A program made the position numbers and the translations under genes. The notes beneath the pieces are model-generated. The model ran no database searches, was not told where the DNA came from, and saw only the letters and a list, made by a program, of their open reading frames with translations. Positions 46,173 to 55,574 of a stretch of DNA of 64,000 bases are shown here, piece by piece. The stretch covers positions 71,583 to 135,582 of the forward strand of contig JAJDVI010000012.1 in NCBI GenBank assembly GCA_022826195.1. The letters are read 5' to 3'. This DNA is from Acidobacteriota bacterium. GTDB taxonomy: Bacteria > Acidobacteriota > Vicinamibacteria > Marinacidobacterales > Marinacidobacteraceae. Position 1 is the first letter of the stretch; every line of letters starts with the position of its first letter.

Positions 46173-47711
46173 ATGCAAACCGTTCTCGATCGCCTGGGAC
46201 TCGGGGAGGGCGCTCCGGGCGCCTGCACCGGCCCGGAGGGCTGGATCCTCACCGGCGAGCGGCCGCTCGTCTCCCTGAACCCCTCGACCGGCGAGCCCAT
46301 CGCCGCGGTCATTCCCGCGGACGGCAGGGCGGCCGAGCGGGTCGTGACCGAAGCGGCGAGGGCCTTCCGCTCGTTCCGCGAGTTGCCGGCGCCGAAGCGC
46401 GGCGACCTCGTGCGCGATCTGGGGAGCGCGCTGCGCGACGACAAGGAGCCGCTCGGCGACCTGATCGCGCTCGAAGCCGGCAAGATCCGGGCCGAAGGCC
46501 ACGGCGAAGTCCAGGAGATGATCGACATCTGCGACTTCGCGGTGGGGCTCTCCCGCCAGCTCTACGGGCTGACGATGGCTTCGGAGCGGCCCGGCCACCG
46601 GATGTTCGAGCAGTGGCATCCGCTCGGTCCCATCGGCGTCATCACCGCGTTCAACTTCCCCATGGCGGTCTGGTCCTGGAACGCGGCGATCGCCACCGTC
46701 TGCGGCGATCCGGTGGTCTGGAAGCCGTCGGAGCACACCCCGCTCTGTTCCGTCGCGGTTCAGAACATCGCCAACCGGGTGATGGACGACCACGGCGTCT
46801 CCGGGGTCTTCAACCTGCTCGTGGGCGGCGGGGAGCTCGGGGCGGCGCTCGCCGCCGACCGGAGGCTGCCGCTGATTTCCTTTACCGGTTCCACGCGGGT
46901 CGGGCGGAAGGTGGCCACCGAGGTCGCCGGCCGGCTGGGCCGCTGCCTCCTCGAGCTCGGCGGCAACAACGCGGTGGTGGTCAGCCGGAACGCCGATCTG
47001 GAGCTCGCGGTCCGCGCCATCGTGTTCGGATCGGTGGGCACCACCGGCCAGCGGTGCACCACCACGCGCCGGGTGCTGGCCGACCGGGAGGTTGCCGGAC
47101 CCCTGGTGGAGCGGCTTCAGGACGCCTACCGGCAGGTCCCCATCGGGGACCCGCTCGATCCGGCCACGCTCATGGGGCCGCTGATCTCGGGCGACGCCGT
47201 CGAAGCGATGCAGGGTGCGCTGGAGCGGGTGGTCGCCGACGGGGGAACCGTCGTCTGCGGCGGAGGGCGGCGTCCCGACATCGGCCCGAACCACGTCGAG
47301 CCGGCCATCGTGCGAATGTCCGCCCAGACGCCGCTGGTGGCCGAGGAGACCTTCGCTCCGATCCTCTACGTCCTGGAAACGGAATCGCTCGAAGCGGCGA
47401 TCGCCCTCCACAACGACGTCCCGCAGGGCCTCTCTTCGGCGATCTTCACCGACAGCCTCCGCGAGGCGGAGACCTTCCTCTCGGCGCGCGGTTCGGACTG
47501 CGGGATCGCCAACGTGAACATCGGCACCTCGGGGGCCGAGATCGGGGGCGCTTTCGGTGGCGAGAAGGACACCGGCGGCGGCCGCGAATCCGGCTCGGAC
47601 GCCTGGAAGGCCTATATGCGCCGCCAGACGAACACCATCAACTGGTCGAAGGACCTGCCGCTTGCCCAGGGGATCGAATTCGGTCCCGCGGCCGGCGAAG
47701 GAGGCACGTAA
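46173..47711 (+). CDS. Aldehyde dehydrogenase, ALDH7/antiquitin type (alpha-aminoadipic semialdehyde dehydrogenase-like)
   Basis: ELGGNNAVVV, GQRCTTTRR catalytic Cys, EKDTGGGRESGSDAWKAYMRRQTNTIN tail typical of ALDH7. Confidence 0.8.
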   Translation: MQTVLDRLGLGEGAPGACTGPEGWILTGERPLVSLNPSTGEPIAAVIPADGRAAERVVTEAARAFRSFRELPAPKRGDLVRDLGSALRDDKEPLGDLIALEAGKIRAEGHGEVQEMIDICDFAVGLSRQLYGLTMASERPGHRMFEQWHPLGPIGVITAFNFPMAVWSWNAAIATVCGDPVVWKPSEHTPLCSVAVQNIANRVMDDHGVSGVFNLLVGGGELGAALAADRRLPLISFTGSTRVGRKVATEVAGRLGRCLLELGGNNAVVVSRNADLELAVRAIVFGSVGTTGQRCTTTRRVLADREVAGPLVERLQDAYRQVPIGDPLDPATLMGPLISGDAVEAMQGALERVVADGGTVVCGGGRRPDIGPNHVEPAIVRMSAQTPLVAEETFAPILYVLETESLEAAIALHNDVPQGLSSAIFTDSLREAETFLSARGSDCGIANVNIGTSGAEIGGAFGGEKDTGGGRESGSDAWKAYMRRQTNTINWSKDLPLAQGIEFGPAAGEGGT

Positions 47712-48472
47712 TGCCGAGAATCTGCCTGAGCCTGTTCTTGACGGGAGCTCTCGGAGCGTGCGGCGGCGAGCCGCCAGCTCCCGAACCCGAGCCGCCGGCG
47801 CCGGACGTTTCCGCCGCGGAGGCGCTGATCGCCAGGTCCATCGCCTACCACGATCCGGCCGGACTCTGGGACCGGGGCGAGATCGGGCTCCGAATCATGG
47901 AGTCCCGGCCGAACGGGGTCACCCGCACGGTCGAGGTGGGGATGGCGCCCGGGAGCGGCGCGATGGAGGTCCGCCGCGAGACCGACGCCGCGGTGGCGTC
48001 GTTCGCGGTGAGCGGCGAGGAAGTCCTCCGGCGAGCCGTGGACGGCAACGAGGAACTCGACGAGGCGGCGCTCGGTGAACACGGCCTCGACGCCGAGCGC
48101 GTGATGTGGCTCCGGAACTACTACCTGTTCGTCTGGGGGCTCCCGATGAAGCTGCGCGATCCGGGGACCATCGTGGACCCGGAGCCGGTGATGGACTCGT
48201 ACGACGGCCAGGACGCGCTCAAGGTCCGGGTCACCTACGACCCCGATGTCGGTGGCGATACCTGGTACTTCTACTTCCACCCGGAAACGGCGCGGATGAT
48301 CGGCTACCGCTTCTACCACGACGAGTCGGCGAACGACGGGGAGTACATCCACCTCGAAGGGGAGATCGAGAACGGCGGGCTGCGGCTGCCGGCGAAGCGG
48401 AGCTGGTTCTTCCACCAGGGCGAGGAGTTCCTCGGAGAGGACGAGGCGGTCTCCCTGACCGTGACGCCCTGA
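47711..48472 (+). CDS. Hypothetical lipoprotein
   Basis: lipobox LTGALGAC; no recognised domain. Confidence 0.45.
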   Translation: MPRICLSLFLTGALGACGGEPPAPEPEPPAPDVSAAEALIARSIAYHDPAGLWDRGEIGLRIMESRPNGVTRTVEVGMAPGSGAMEVRRETDAAVASFAVSGEEVLRRAVDGNEELDEAALGEHGLDAERVMWLRNYYLFVWGLPMKLRDPGTIVDPEPVMDSYDGQDALKVRVTYDPDVGGDTWYFYFHPETARMIGYRFYHDESANDGEYIHLEGEIENGGLRLPAKRSWFFHQGEEFLGEDEAVSLTVTP

Positions 48473-48497
48473 CGCTCGGAGTCGCCGGCCAGCGGCC

Positions 48498-50255
48498 ATG
48501 ACGGCGCTCGTACTCGGCCTGCTGCTGTGGACAGCGCCCGGGGCGGCGCAGCCGGACGCGCGGCTGCTGGCCGAGGTCGGCCAGCGGCTCGGCGACGAGG
48601 ACTTCGCCGGAGTTCTCGCGCTTCTGGATGCGGCCGGGCCGGACAGCTCGCACCCGGCGTTGCTGCGCCTCCGCGCCGAGGCCCACGTGGGGCTTCTCGA
48701 CTATCCGGCGGCGGCGGCCGCCCTCGCGGGAGCACCCGCCACCCCGGACAACCTGGCGCTCCGCGCTCGGTTGCTCGCCATCCTGAGCCGGGACGACGAG
48801 GCTCGGGCGGTGGTGGCCGCACTGTTGGAGCATGACGGGCCGTTTTCGGGCGGGTCCCGGGTGGAACTGGCGGCGCAGCTCCGTGAGTCCGGCCTGGTAC
48901 CGGAGTCGCGCCGCGTCCTTGGTCCTCCGGTCCCCGGGGAGTCGGCGGCGGCGGTCCTGGAACGCGCGCGGCTGCGCCTCGAAGAGGACGACTACGAGGG
49001 TGCTCTGCCGCTCCTCGAGGCCGCCCTCGAGGCGCCGCGCCCGCCGGCCGGGGCGGCCCGCGAGTTCGGCCGCGCGCTCGCGCTCCTCGGACGGCGCGAC
49101 GAAGCGATCCACTGGCTCCGCCGGGCCGTCGCGGAATCGCCGCCCGACGAGGCCGCGCGGTTCCGGCTCGGCCAGTTGCTCGCTCAGGACCCGGAGCCCG
49201 CGCTCGCCGCGGAGGGGCAGCGCCTCCTTTCGGGCTACGAGGAAAGCCGGCTCCGCGCGCGCCGCCGTGACCTGTTGCTCGCCACGCTCGGTGAAGGGGG
49301 CCGGGACGAATGGGCGGAACTGCTGGGACTCCTGCTCGACGGCGGGGACCTCCCGGAGGCGGCGCGGGTGGCGCAGGCGGCCTCGGTCCGGTATCCGGCG
49401 GATCCGGTGTTCGCCATCGGAAAGGCCCGCGTGCATCTCCTGTCCGGAGATCCGGGCGCGGCTGCCGGCGTGCTTGCCCCGCTCGTGCCGGGGCCCGGCG
49501 AGCCGCTGGCAGGAGCGTCGCTGAGCGCGGCTCGCTGGCTCGCGGACGCGCGGCTGCGGGGAGGCGATCCGGCCGCCGCGGCGGCTCTCTTCGACCGCGT
49601 GCTGGCGGCGGGCGGCGAGGGGATCTCTCCCCGGATTCGCGCCGCCGCCGCGACCGCCTTCGCGATGACCGGAGATGCGGAGCGCGCGCTCGCCCTCTTC
49701 GACCAGGTGCTCGGGCGCACCTCCGGCCCGGCGCGCGCGGGGCCGCTGGCGGACAGCGCGCTGGTGCTCGAGATGCTGGGGCGCCCGGCGGAAGCCGAAT
49801 CCCGCTATCGGGAATCCCTGGAGGCCGATCCGGCGAACACGGCGGCGTCGCTGGGCCTTGCCGAACTGCTGCTTCGTGCCGGGCGAAGTGCGGAGGCGGC
49901 CGAGGTGCTGCGTTCCGCCCTGGAGTACGCCCCCCGCGATGCCGCCCTCAGGGCGTTGCTGTCCCGGATCGGCGGCCCGGCTCAGGGTTCGTTCGAAGGT
50001 ACGCGGGCGGCGGCCAGCGACCCGGTGATCTCATCCCAGGCCTCCGTGCCGACCACCAGCGTCCGGCCGTCGTCCGCCCGGAGCGCCCGCACCTCGCCGT
50101 CCGCGGAGACGCTCAACCGGACCGTTTCCGGCGCGGTCTCACTCGTGTCGCCGCCCTCTTCGATCTCCTCGGTGACCGCGATGGTCCAGACGGCGCCGTC
50201 TCCGGGCAGGCTCGCTTCGCCCACGTCGACAGCCTCGGTGGAGTTCAGTTCGTAG
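48498..50255 (+). CDS. Secreted TPR-like repeat protein; C-terminal ~90 aa low-complexity and possibly not coding
   Basis: signal peptide, helical repeat region to ~49980; the tail overlaps a convergent gene. Confidence 0.45.
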   Translation: MTALVLGLLLWTAPGAAQPDARLLAEVGQRLGDEDFAGVLALLDAAGPDSSHPALLRLRAEAHVGLLDYPAAAAALAGAPATPDNLALRARLLAILSRDDEARAVVAALLEHDGPFSGGSRVELAAQLRESGLVPESRRVLGPPVPGESAAAVLERARLRLEEDDYEGALPLLEAALEAPRPPAGAAREFGRALALLGRRDEAIHWLRRAVAESPPDEAARFRLGQLLAQDPEPALAAEGQRLLSGYEESRLRARRRDLLLATLGEGGRDEWAELLGLLLDGGDLPEAARVAQAASVRYPADPVFAIGKARVHLLSGDPGAAAGVLAPLVPGPGEPLAGASLSAARWLADARLRGGDPAAAAALFDRVLAAGGEGISPRIRAAAATAFAMTGDAERALALFDQVLGRTSGPARAGPLADSALVLEMLGRPAEAESRYRESLEADPANTAASLGLAELLLRAGRSAEAAEVLRSALEYAPRDAALRALLSRIGGPAQGSFEGTRAAASDPVISSQASVPTTSVRPSSARSARTSPSAETLNRTVSGAVSLVSPPSSISSVTAMVQTAPSPGRLASPTSTASVEFSS

Positions 50256-51376
50256 AGCAGGTCCTCGACCGCCACCGTGTCCACGACGACCGGCGCGGCG
50301 CCGCCACGCTCCATCGTCCATTCCCGGCCTTCCTCACCCTCCCGGCGGTGAAACGCCGTTTCGCCGTCGGGGGTCGTGAACCGGAGCGCGATGGTCCGGA
50401 AGGCCGCGAACCGGAAGAGATCGAGGGACCGAAGGCTCGCCAGTTCGGTCTCGGCCGCTTCACGGAGCGCGTCGAAGAGCGGCTTCCGGGCCACGAACAC
50501 CAACGGGTCCGTTTCCAGCCGGGCGAAGACGCCGGGTGGGGTGCGGCTCTCGCCGCCGAAATGGACGGTCCGGGAGACGGCCTCCTCCCGTGGTCCGGCG
50601 ACGAGGTCCAGTTCCGCCGTGAGCCGGGGCGAAGCCAGACCGAAGGGATCCTCCTCCCCTTCGTCCGGCGCTGGCGCTACGCCGGCCATCTCCGCATCCA
50701 GCAGTCGGGACGCGAACCGGGAGGCCTCATAGGGGTCCGCGGCGAAGCGATAGGGACGGAGGATGTTCCAGACGCCCTCGTCCCGGGCGACCTCCACCGC
50801 GGTGTCTCCCCCGGCGGTGACCTGGAGGCGCCGCGCCGCCGCCATCTCCAGCCGGAACACCCGCTTGTCCCGGAGGTCCCAGGCGCTTCGGTCGAGGTTG
50901 TCCGGAGCGAAGGCGGACGTCACCAGCACCCGTTCGCCGAGCTGGAGGTAGCGGTTCCCGGCCGCCGGGGTCTCGTCCCCGAAACCGCTGGTCAGCGGTT
51001 CGCCATCCGTCGGGAACAACCGGATGGTGAGTCCGGGTGGTGCGAGGCCGAATTCGGCGAGACCCGCTCGGTCCACGCCTTCGACCTCCCGCTCGAAACG
51101 CAGCGAGACGACGTTTTGCAGGAAGAGGTCCACTTCGCCGGAGTCCGCCGCTGATTCGGGACCACCGGCCTCCGCGACGGTGAACCCTTCGCCCTCGCGG
51201 GCCAGGCGCACGGCCGGTTCGCCGGGCCGCTCGATCTCGATGGCCTGGATGGCCGCCTCATCCACGCCGAAGACCGGGTGTCCTTCGACTTCGGCGCTCT
51301 CTTCCCGCTCGAACAGCGCGATCCAGCCGGCGACCGCCAGCGCGGCGAGGAGCGCGAGGAGCGTCGTCCGGCGCAT
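49982..51376 (-). CDS. DUF4340-like secreted protein (accessory protein of GldG-type ABC system)
   Basis: signal peptide MRRTTLLALLAALAVAGWIA; located immediately downstream of gldG-like gene as is typical. Confidence 0.5.
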   Translation of the reverse strand: MRRTTLLALLAALAVAGWIALFEREESAEVEGHPVFGVDEAAIQAIEIERPGEPAVRLAREGEGFTVAEAGGPESAADSGEVDLFLQNVVSLRFEREVEGVDRAGLAEFGLAPPGLTIRLFPTDGEPLTSGFGDETPAAGNRYLQLGERVLVTSAFAPDNLDRSAWDLRDKRVFRLEMAAARRLQVTAGGDTAVEVARDEGVWNILRPYRFAADPYEASRFASRLLDAEMAGVAPAPDEGEEDPFGLASPRLTAELDLVAGPREEAVSRTVHFGGESRTPPGVFARLETDPLVFVARKPLFDALREAAETELASLRSLDLFRFAAFRTIALRFTTPDGETAFHRREGEEGREWTMERGGAAPVVVDTVAVEDLLYELNSTEAVDVGEASLPGDGAVWTIAVTEEIEEGGDTSETAPETVRLSVSADGEVRALRADDGRTLVVGTEAWDEITGSLAAARVPSNEP

Positions 51377-51404
51377 GGAGCCTCTCTGTCAGGGCGTCTG
51401 GGGG

Positions 51405-51470
51405 CAGGGGTCTTTCGCCGCCCGCGGCGGCGGTGCCGGCCTGAAGGCCGGCGCTCCCTCCCTCACCTTC
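51405..51470. repeat. REP-like repeat variant with GC hairpin
   Basis: CCGCCCGCGGCGGCGG hairpin + GTGCCGGCCTGAAGGCCGGCGC. Confidence 0.5.
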
Positions 51471-53016
51471 GCGACCACCAGACGGTGACGCCCCAGATGA
51501 GGAAGAACCCGGGCAGGAACACCAGGCTCAACAGCACCACGTTCCGTACCTGCGCGGACGTCATCGTGATCCGCCGGTCCTCGGCCGCGCGCGGACGGAT
51601 CGCGATCAGGTCCTCGTCCTCGGTGAGCCAGTTCACCATGTTGAGGAACAGATCGGCGTTCCCGAGCGGCGCGAGCGCCAGGTTGTTCCCGATGAAGTCG
51701 GAGTCCCCGACGATCACCACGCGGCCCTCGGGGGCTTCGGCGGGTTCCTCGGGCTCTCCGTCCGGATCGGCCTCCGCCTCCGGGTCCGCCGCGGCTTCCG
51801 GACCCGGCGCCGCCGCGCCCGCCTCCTCCGCCGGTTCTTCCTGATCGCCGGTCGGAACGTGGACCGCATAGGCGAGCCGCAGCGGTCCGGCCCGCTCGTC
51901 CTCTCCGGCGTTCACTTCGCCGGTCTCCAGCTCGTCGGGATCGACTTCCCCCCAGGCGACGTCGGAGCTGAGGACGAGTTCCGAGAGGCGCATCCCCCGG
52001 GGAAGCTCGTCGGGCGGGGTGGCGATGAGGCTCTGCGCGAGCGGAAAGACGGTGGCCGCGTTCACGAAGCCCCGGGTGATCGGGTGGAACCCGTAGGAGG
52101 CGGCGAGCGGCACCTCCACCCCGAAGCCGAAGAGCTGTCCGACCCCGCTGGCGTCGATCACCACGTCCCCGGCCGGAGTCGCCCCGAAGTCTCCGGCCAG
52201 TCCGGTGAGTTCCTTCCTTGCGTCGGGCGCTCCCGGCGGATCCGGCGGATCGAGGAGCAGCATGGCCTTCCCGCCCGCCTGGACGTGCGCGGCGAGGGCG
52301 GCGGCTTCCGCCTCCAGGAGATCGAGGCGGGGGCCGGCGACGATCACGGCGGCCGCATCCCCGGGAATCCGGACCTCGCCGTCCTCGACGTGCTCGAGCA
52401 GCGCCAGCGGCGCAACCTCGTAGTTGGACTCCTCGAGCCGCGACCCGATGGCGGAGAGGCCGCCGGCGCCCGTCTCTTCGAGCGACCGCTCCTGGTGCCC
52501 GGTCGTGAAATAGATCCTTTTGGTCTCGCCCTTCAGGATCTTCACGATGGCATTCGTGATGTCCTGCTCCTGGGGCGCGGAGACGCGCTCCTGCCGCCCG
52601 CCGCTCTCCACGACGACGGTGCCGAAGGGAATCCCGGCTTCGGCAGTCGCCTGATAGGCCCGGGCGCGGGCGGGTTCCGCCTCCTGGTCGATGACCTCCC
52701 AGGCGACCCGGCCGCTCCGGTCGGCGTAGCGCTCGAAGAGTTCGACGGTGCGTCCGGCGGCGCGCGGCTGGTCGAGGACAACGAGGCGGATGTCGCGGTC
52801 GAGTTCTTCGAGGATCCTGATCGTCTGCGGGGAGAGGCTGAACTGGCCGCCGGCGGTGAGGTCCCAGGAGACGCTGCGCCGGTTCGCCACGTAGTTGACC
52901 CCCACCAGGACGCCGAGGAGCAGGAGCGCCGTCGCTCCGAGGTTCGCCCCCTCGCGCGCGCTCCGCCTGCCGAACGCGGTCCGCAGCCGGTCGAGCGGGC
53001 GGCTCACCCACGCCAC
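51463..53016 (-). CDS. gldG: GldG-like ABC-transporter-associated protein (ABC-type uncharacterized transport system auxiliary component)
   Basis: N- and C-terminal TM anchors, acidic linker, family position after ABC-2 permease. Confidence 0.65.
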   Translation of the reverse strand: MAWVSRPLDRLRTAFGRRSAREGANLGATALLLLGVLVGVNYVANRRSVSWDLTAGGQFSLSPQTIRILEELDRDIRLVVLDQPRAAGRTVELFERYADRSGRVAWEVIDQEAEPARARAYQATAEAGIPFGTVVVESGGRQERVSAPQEQDITNAIVKILKGETKRIYFTTGHQERSLEETGAGGLSAIGSRLEESNYEVAPLALLEHVEDGEVRIPGDAAAVIVAGPRLDLLEAEAAALAAHVQAGGKAMLLLDPPDPPGAPDARKELTGLAGDFGATPAGDVVIDASGVGQLFGFGVEVPLAASYGFHPITRGFVNAATVFPLAQSLIATPPDELPRGMRLSELVLSSDVAWGEVDPDELETGEVNAGEDERAGPLRLAYAVHVPTGDQEEPAEEAGAAAPGPEAAADPEAEADPDGEPEEPAEAPEGRVVIVGDSDFIGNNLALAPLGNADLFLNMVNWLTEDEDLIAIRPRAAEDRRITMTSAQVRNVVLLSLVFLPGFFLIWGVTVWWSRR

Positions 53017-53776
53017 CTGCGGGAGCGCACCGACTCCCGGGCGAGGTAGAGCCAGAAAGCGGCGAAGGACAGGTAGAACGCCAGATCGCGCGTCGCGATC
53101 ACCCCGCGCGCGAATCCCTCCATGTGGCCGGTCACGGACAGATAGGCCAGGACGCGGCCGAACTCGCCGCCGCGGGCCCCGGCGAACTCCACCAGCCAGA
53201 GGACGAGCAGCGCCCCGAAGGTCAGCAGCCCCGCCACGATCTGGTTCCGGGTGAGGCTCGAGAAGAAGAGGCCGAGCGCCAGCAGGCCGGCCCCGAGCAG
53301 CAGCAGACCCAGATAGGCGGCGAGGACCGGCGCGATCTCGGGCCGGGAGAACCAGAACAGGACGCCCACGTGGAGTCCCGTCAGCGCCAGCATCCCGCAG
53401 TAGAGGGCCAGCGCGGCCAGGAACTTGCCGATCACGATCTGGCCGTCGGTGATCGGCGCCGTGAGCAGCAGCTCCATGGTGCCCGAGCGGATCTCCTCGG
53501 ACACCGTGCGCATGGAGAGCAGGGGCAGCAGGAAGAGCACCAGGATCGCGGTGCTCGCCATCAGCCAGCGGAGCAGGTCGGTGTTCACGTTCAGCGTGCC
53601 GCCGCTGAAGCCGCCCATCTGGCTCATCCGCATCCCGGCTTCCACGAAGCTCTGGAGGTAGTCGGCGAAGAAGTACCCGTAGAGGAACGCGAAGGCGCCG
53701 AAGAGGACGTAGGCCACCGGCGAGGCCAGCGCGGCGCCGATCTCGCGCCGGGCGATGGTCAGCGCGTTCCTCACGG
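53004..53776 (-). CDS. gldF: ABC-2 family transporter permease (GldF-like)
   Basis: six TM segments, ABC-2 pattern; start approximate (GTG near 53776; ORF extends to 53906). Confidence 0.65.
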
Positions 53777-54787
53777 GTGTTCCTCCGGAGCCCCGGTCGC
53801 GTCGGAGCTGTCGCCGGTCCCGTTCGTCTCCGTCTCTTCGGTGGTGAGCGCCAGGAAGACGTCCTCGAGGCTCGCGCCGCCCCGGCGCAGGCCGAAGAGC
53901 GGACATCCGGCTTCGAGGAGCGCCCGCGCCAGGTCGGTCGCGATCGCGCGGTCTCCGGCCGCCTCGACCTGGAGCACCAGCGTCCGCTCCGCCGTCTCGG
54001 GGCCCGCCTCCACCCGTGCGACGCCGGGGACGGCCCGCAGTGCGGCCTCCGCCGCGTCCGCCGGCGCCGCCGTTTCGATTTCCCAGGTTCCGCGTCCGCG
54101 CTCGGCGGCGCCGAGCCGCGCCACGAGGTTTTCGGGAGTGTCTTCGGCGCGCAGCCGGCCGCCGGCGATGATCACCACCCGGTCGCAGGTGACGGTGACC
54201 TCGGGAAGGATGTGCGTGGAGAGGACCACGGTCCGTTCACCCGCCAGGGTGCGGATCAGCTTGCGCGTCTCGTGGATCTGCTTGGGATCGAGACCGGCGG
54301 TCGGTTCGTCGAGGACCAGCACTTCGGGCTCGTGAACGAGCGCCTGCGCGAGGCCCACCCGCTGGCGGTAGCCGCGGCTCAGCTTCCCGATGATGCGCTC
54401 CCGGGCCTCCCCGAGCGCGCAGCGCTCGATCGCGCGCTCGACGGCCGGCCGGATCCCGCCCTTCGGGACTCCCCGGAGCCGCGCCGCGAACTCGAGAAAG
54501 GCGGTGACCTCCATTTCCGGGTAGAGCGGCGGGTTCTCGGGCAGATACCCGATCCGGCTCCGGACCTCGAGGGGGGACTCCGCGATGTCCAGGCCGCCGA
54601 CCAGCACCCGTCCTTCGCTCGGCGGCATGAAGCCGGTGATGACCCGCATGGTGGTCGTCTTCCCGGCGCCGTTCGGTCCCAGGAAGCCGAGGACCTCACC
54701 CTTCGCGACGCCGAAGCTGAGGTCTGCAACCGCGAGCGTCCTCCCGTAGCGCTTGGAGACGCGGTCCACCTGAACGAGGGGTTCCAC
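53771..54787 (-). CDS. gldA: ABC transporter ATP-binding protein (GldA-like)
   Basis: Walker A GPNGAGKTT, signature LSRGYRQRV, Walker B VLVLDEPTAGLD; start approximate (GTG ~54787 or ATG 54859). Confidence 0.8.
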   Translation of the reverse strand: MEPLVQVDRVSKRYGRTLAVADLSFGVAKGEVLGFLGPNGAGKTTTMRVITGFMPPSEGRVLVGGLDIAESPLEVRSRIGYLPENPPLYPEMEVTAFLEFAARLRGVPKGGIRPAVERAIERCALGEARERIIGKLSRGYRQRVGLAQALVHEPEVLVLDEPTAGLDPKQIHETRKLIRTLAGERTVVLSTHILPEVTVTCDRVVIIAGGRLRAEDTPENLVARLGAAERGRGTWEIETAAPADAAEAALRAVPGVARVEAGPETAERTLVLQVEAAGDRAIATDLARALLEAGCPLFGLRRGGASLEDVFLALTTEETETNGTGDSSDATGAPEEHP

Positions 54788-54912
54788 GGCTGTCTGGAGG
54801 AGGGGGCTCTCGATGAGGTTCGGTACTCGCGGGCTCTGGTTTCCGGGGCGGCGGAGCACGGCCGGCCCGGCAGTCTATACTGGCAGCGGGGCTGATCCTG
54901 CCCGAGATTGCC

Positions 54913-55563
54913 ATGCGTTTTCGCCGCTTGTTTCTCCCTTCCGGGATTGGCCTTGCCGTGCTGCTTGCCGGCCTGATCCCGATCACGATGGCGGCTCCCG
55001 GCTGCGTCAACCGGGAGGACAACGCGACCGCCTCGCGGATGAGGCTGACCGAGCTCGTCGCCTACTGGGCCGTGCGCGGCAGGGACTCCGAGGGCAACAA
55101 CTACATCCGGCCGGCGGTCCGTTTCCGGGTCACAAACACCAATCCGGCACCGGTCGAGTACGTTCAGGTGATGTCGGTGTTCCGCCGCGAATCCGCGCCG
55201 GACGAGGCCTGGGGCACCGGCTACGTCCACTCCGTCGCCGAGGAGGCGCTCGCTCCGGGCGAAGCAAGCGGGGAACACACCCTGCGCGCGGATTCCAACT
55301 ACCTCTCGCAGGGCGCGCCGGAGCGGATGTTCGAGAACGAGCTCTGGGAGGACGTGGAGGTCGAGATGTTCGTGCGGGTGGGCGCTTCCTCGTGGATTTC
55401 GCAGGGGAAGACCGTGGCGCTCCGCCGGCTCGGTCCGCCCGGCGTCGAGAAGTACCTCGAACCGATCGAGGACGAGCCGATCTACGGCATCGCGCCGGGG
55501 CCGGACGACGTGCCGGAGTCCGAACCGGAGCCGTCCCCCGAGAACCCTTCGGTAGAGCGGTAG
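54913..55563 (+). CDS. Hypothetical lipoprotein
   Basis: signal + lipobox (ITMAAPGC); acidic Pro-rich C-terminus. Confidence 0.45.
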   Translation: MRFRRLFLPSGIGLAVLLAGLIPITMAAPGCVNREDNATASRMRLTELVAYWAVRGRDSEGNNYIRPAVRFRVTNTNPAPVEYVQVMSVFRRESAPDEAWGTGYVHSVAEEALAPGEASGEHTLRADSNYLSQGAPERMFENELWEDVEVEMFVRVGASSWISQGKTVALRRLGPPGVEKYLEPIEDEPIYGIAPGPDDVPESEPEPSPENPSVER

Positions 55564-55574
55564 CGGCGCCGGCG

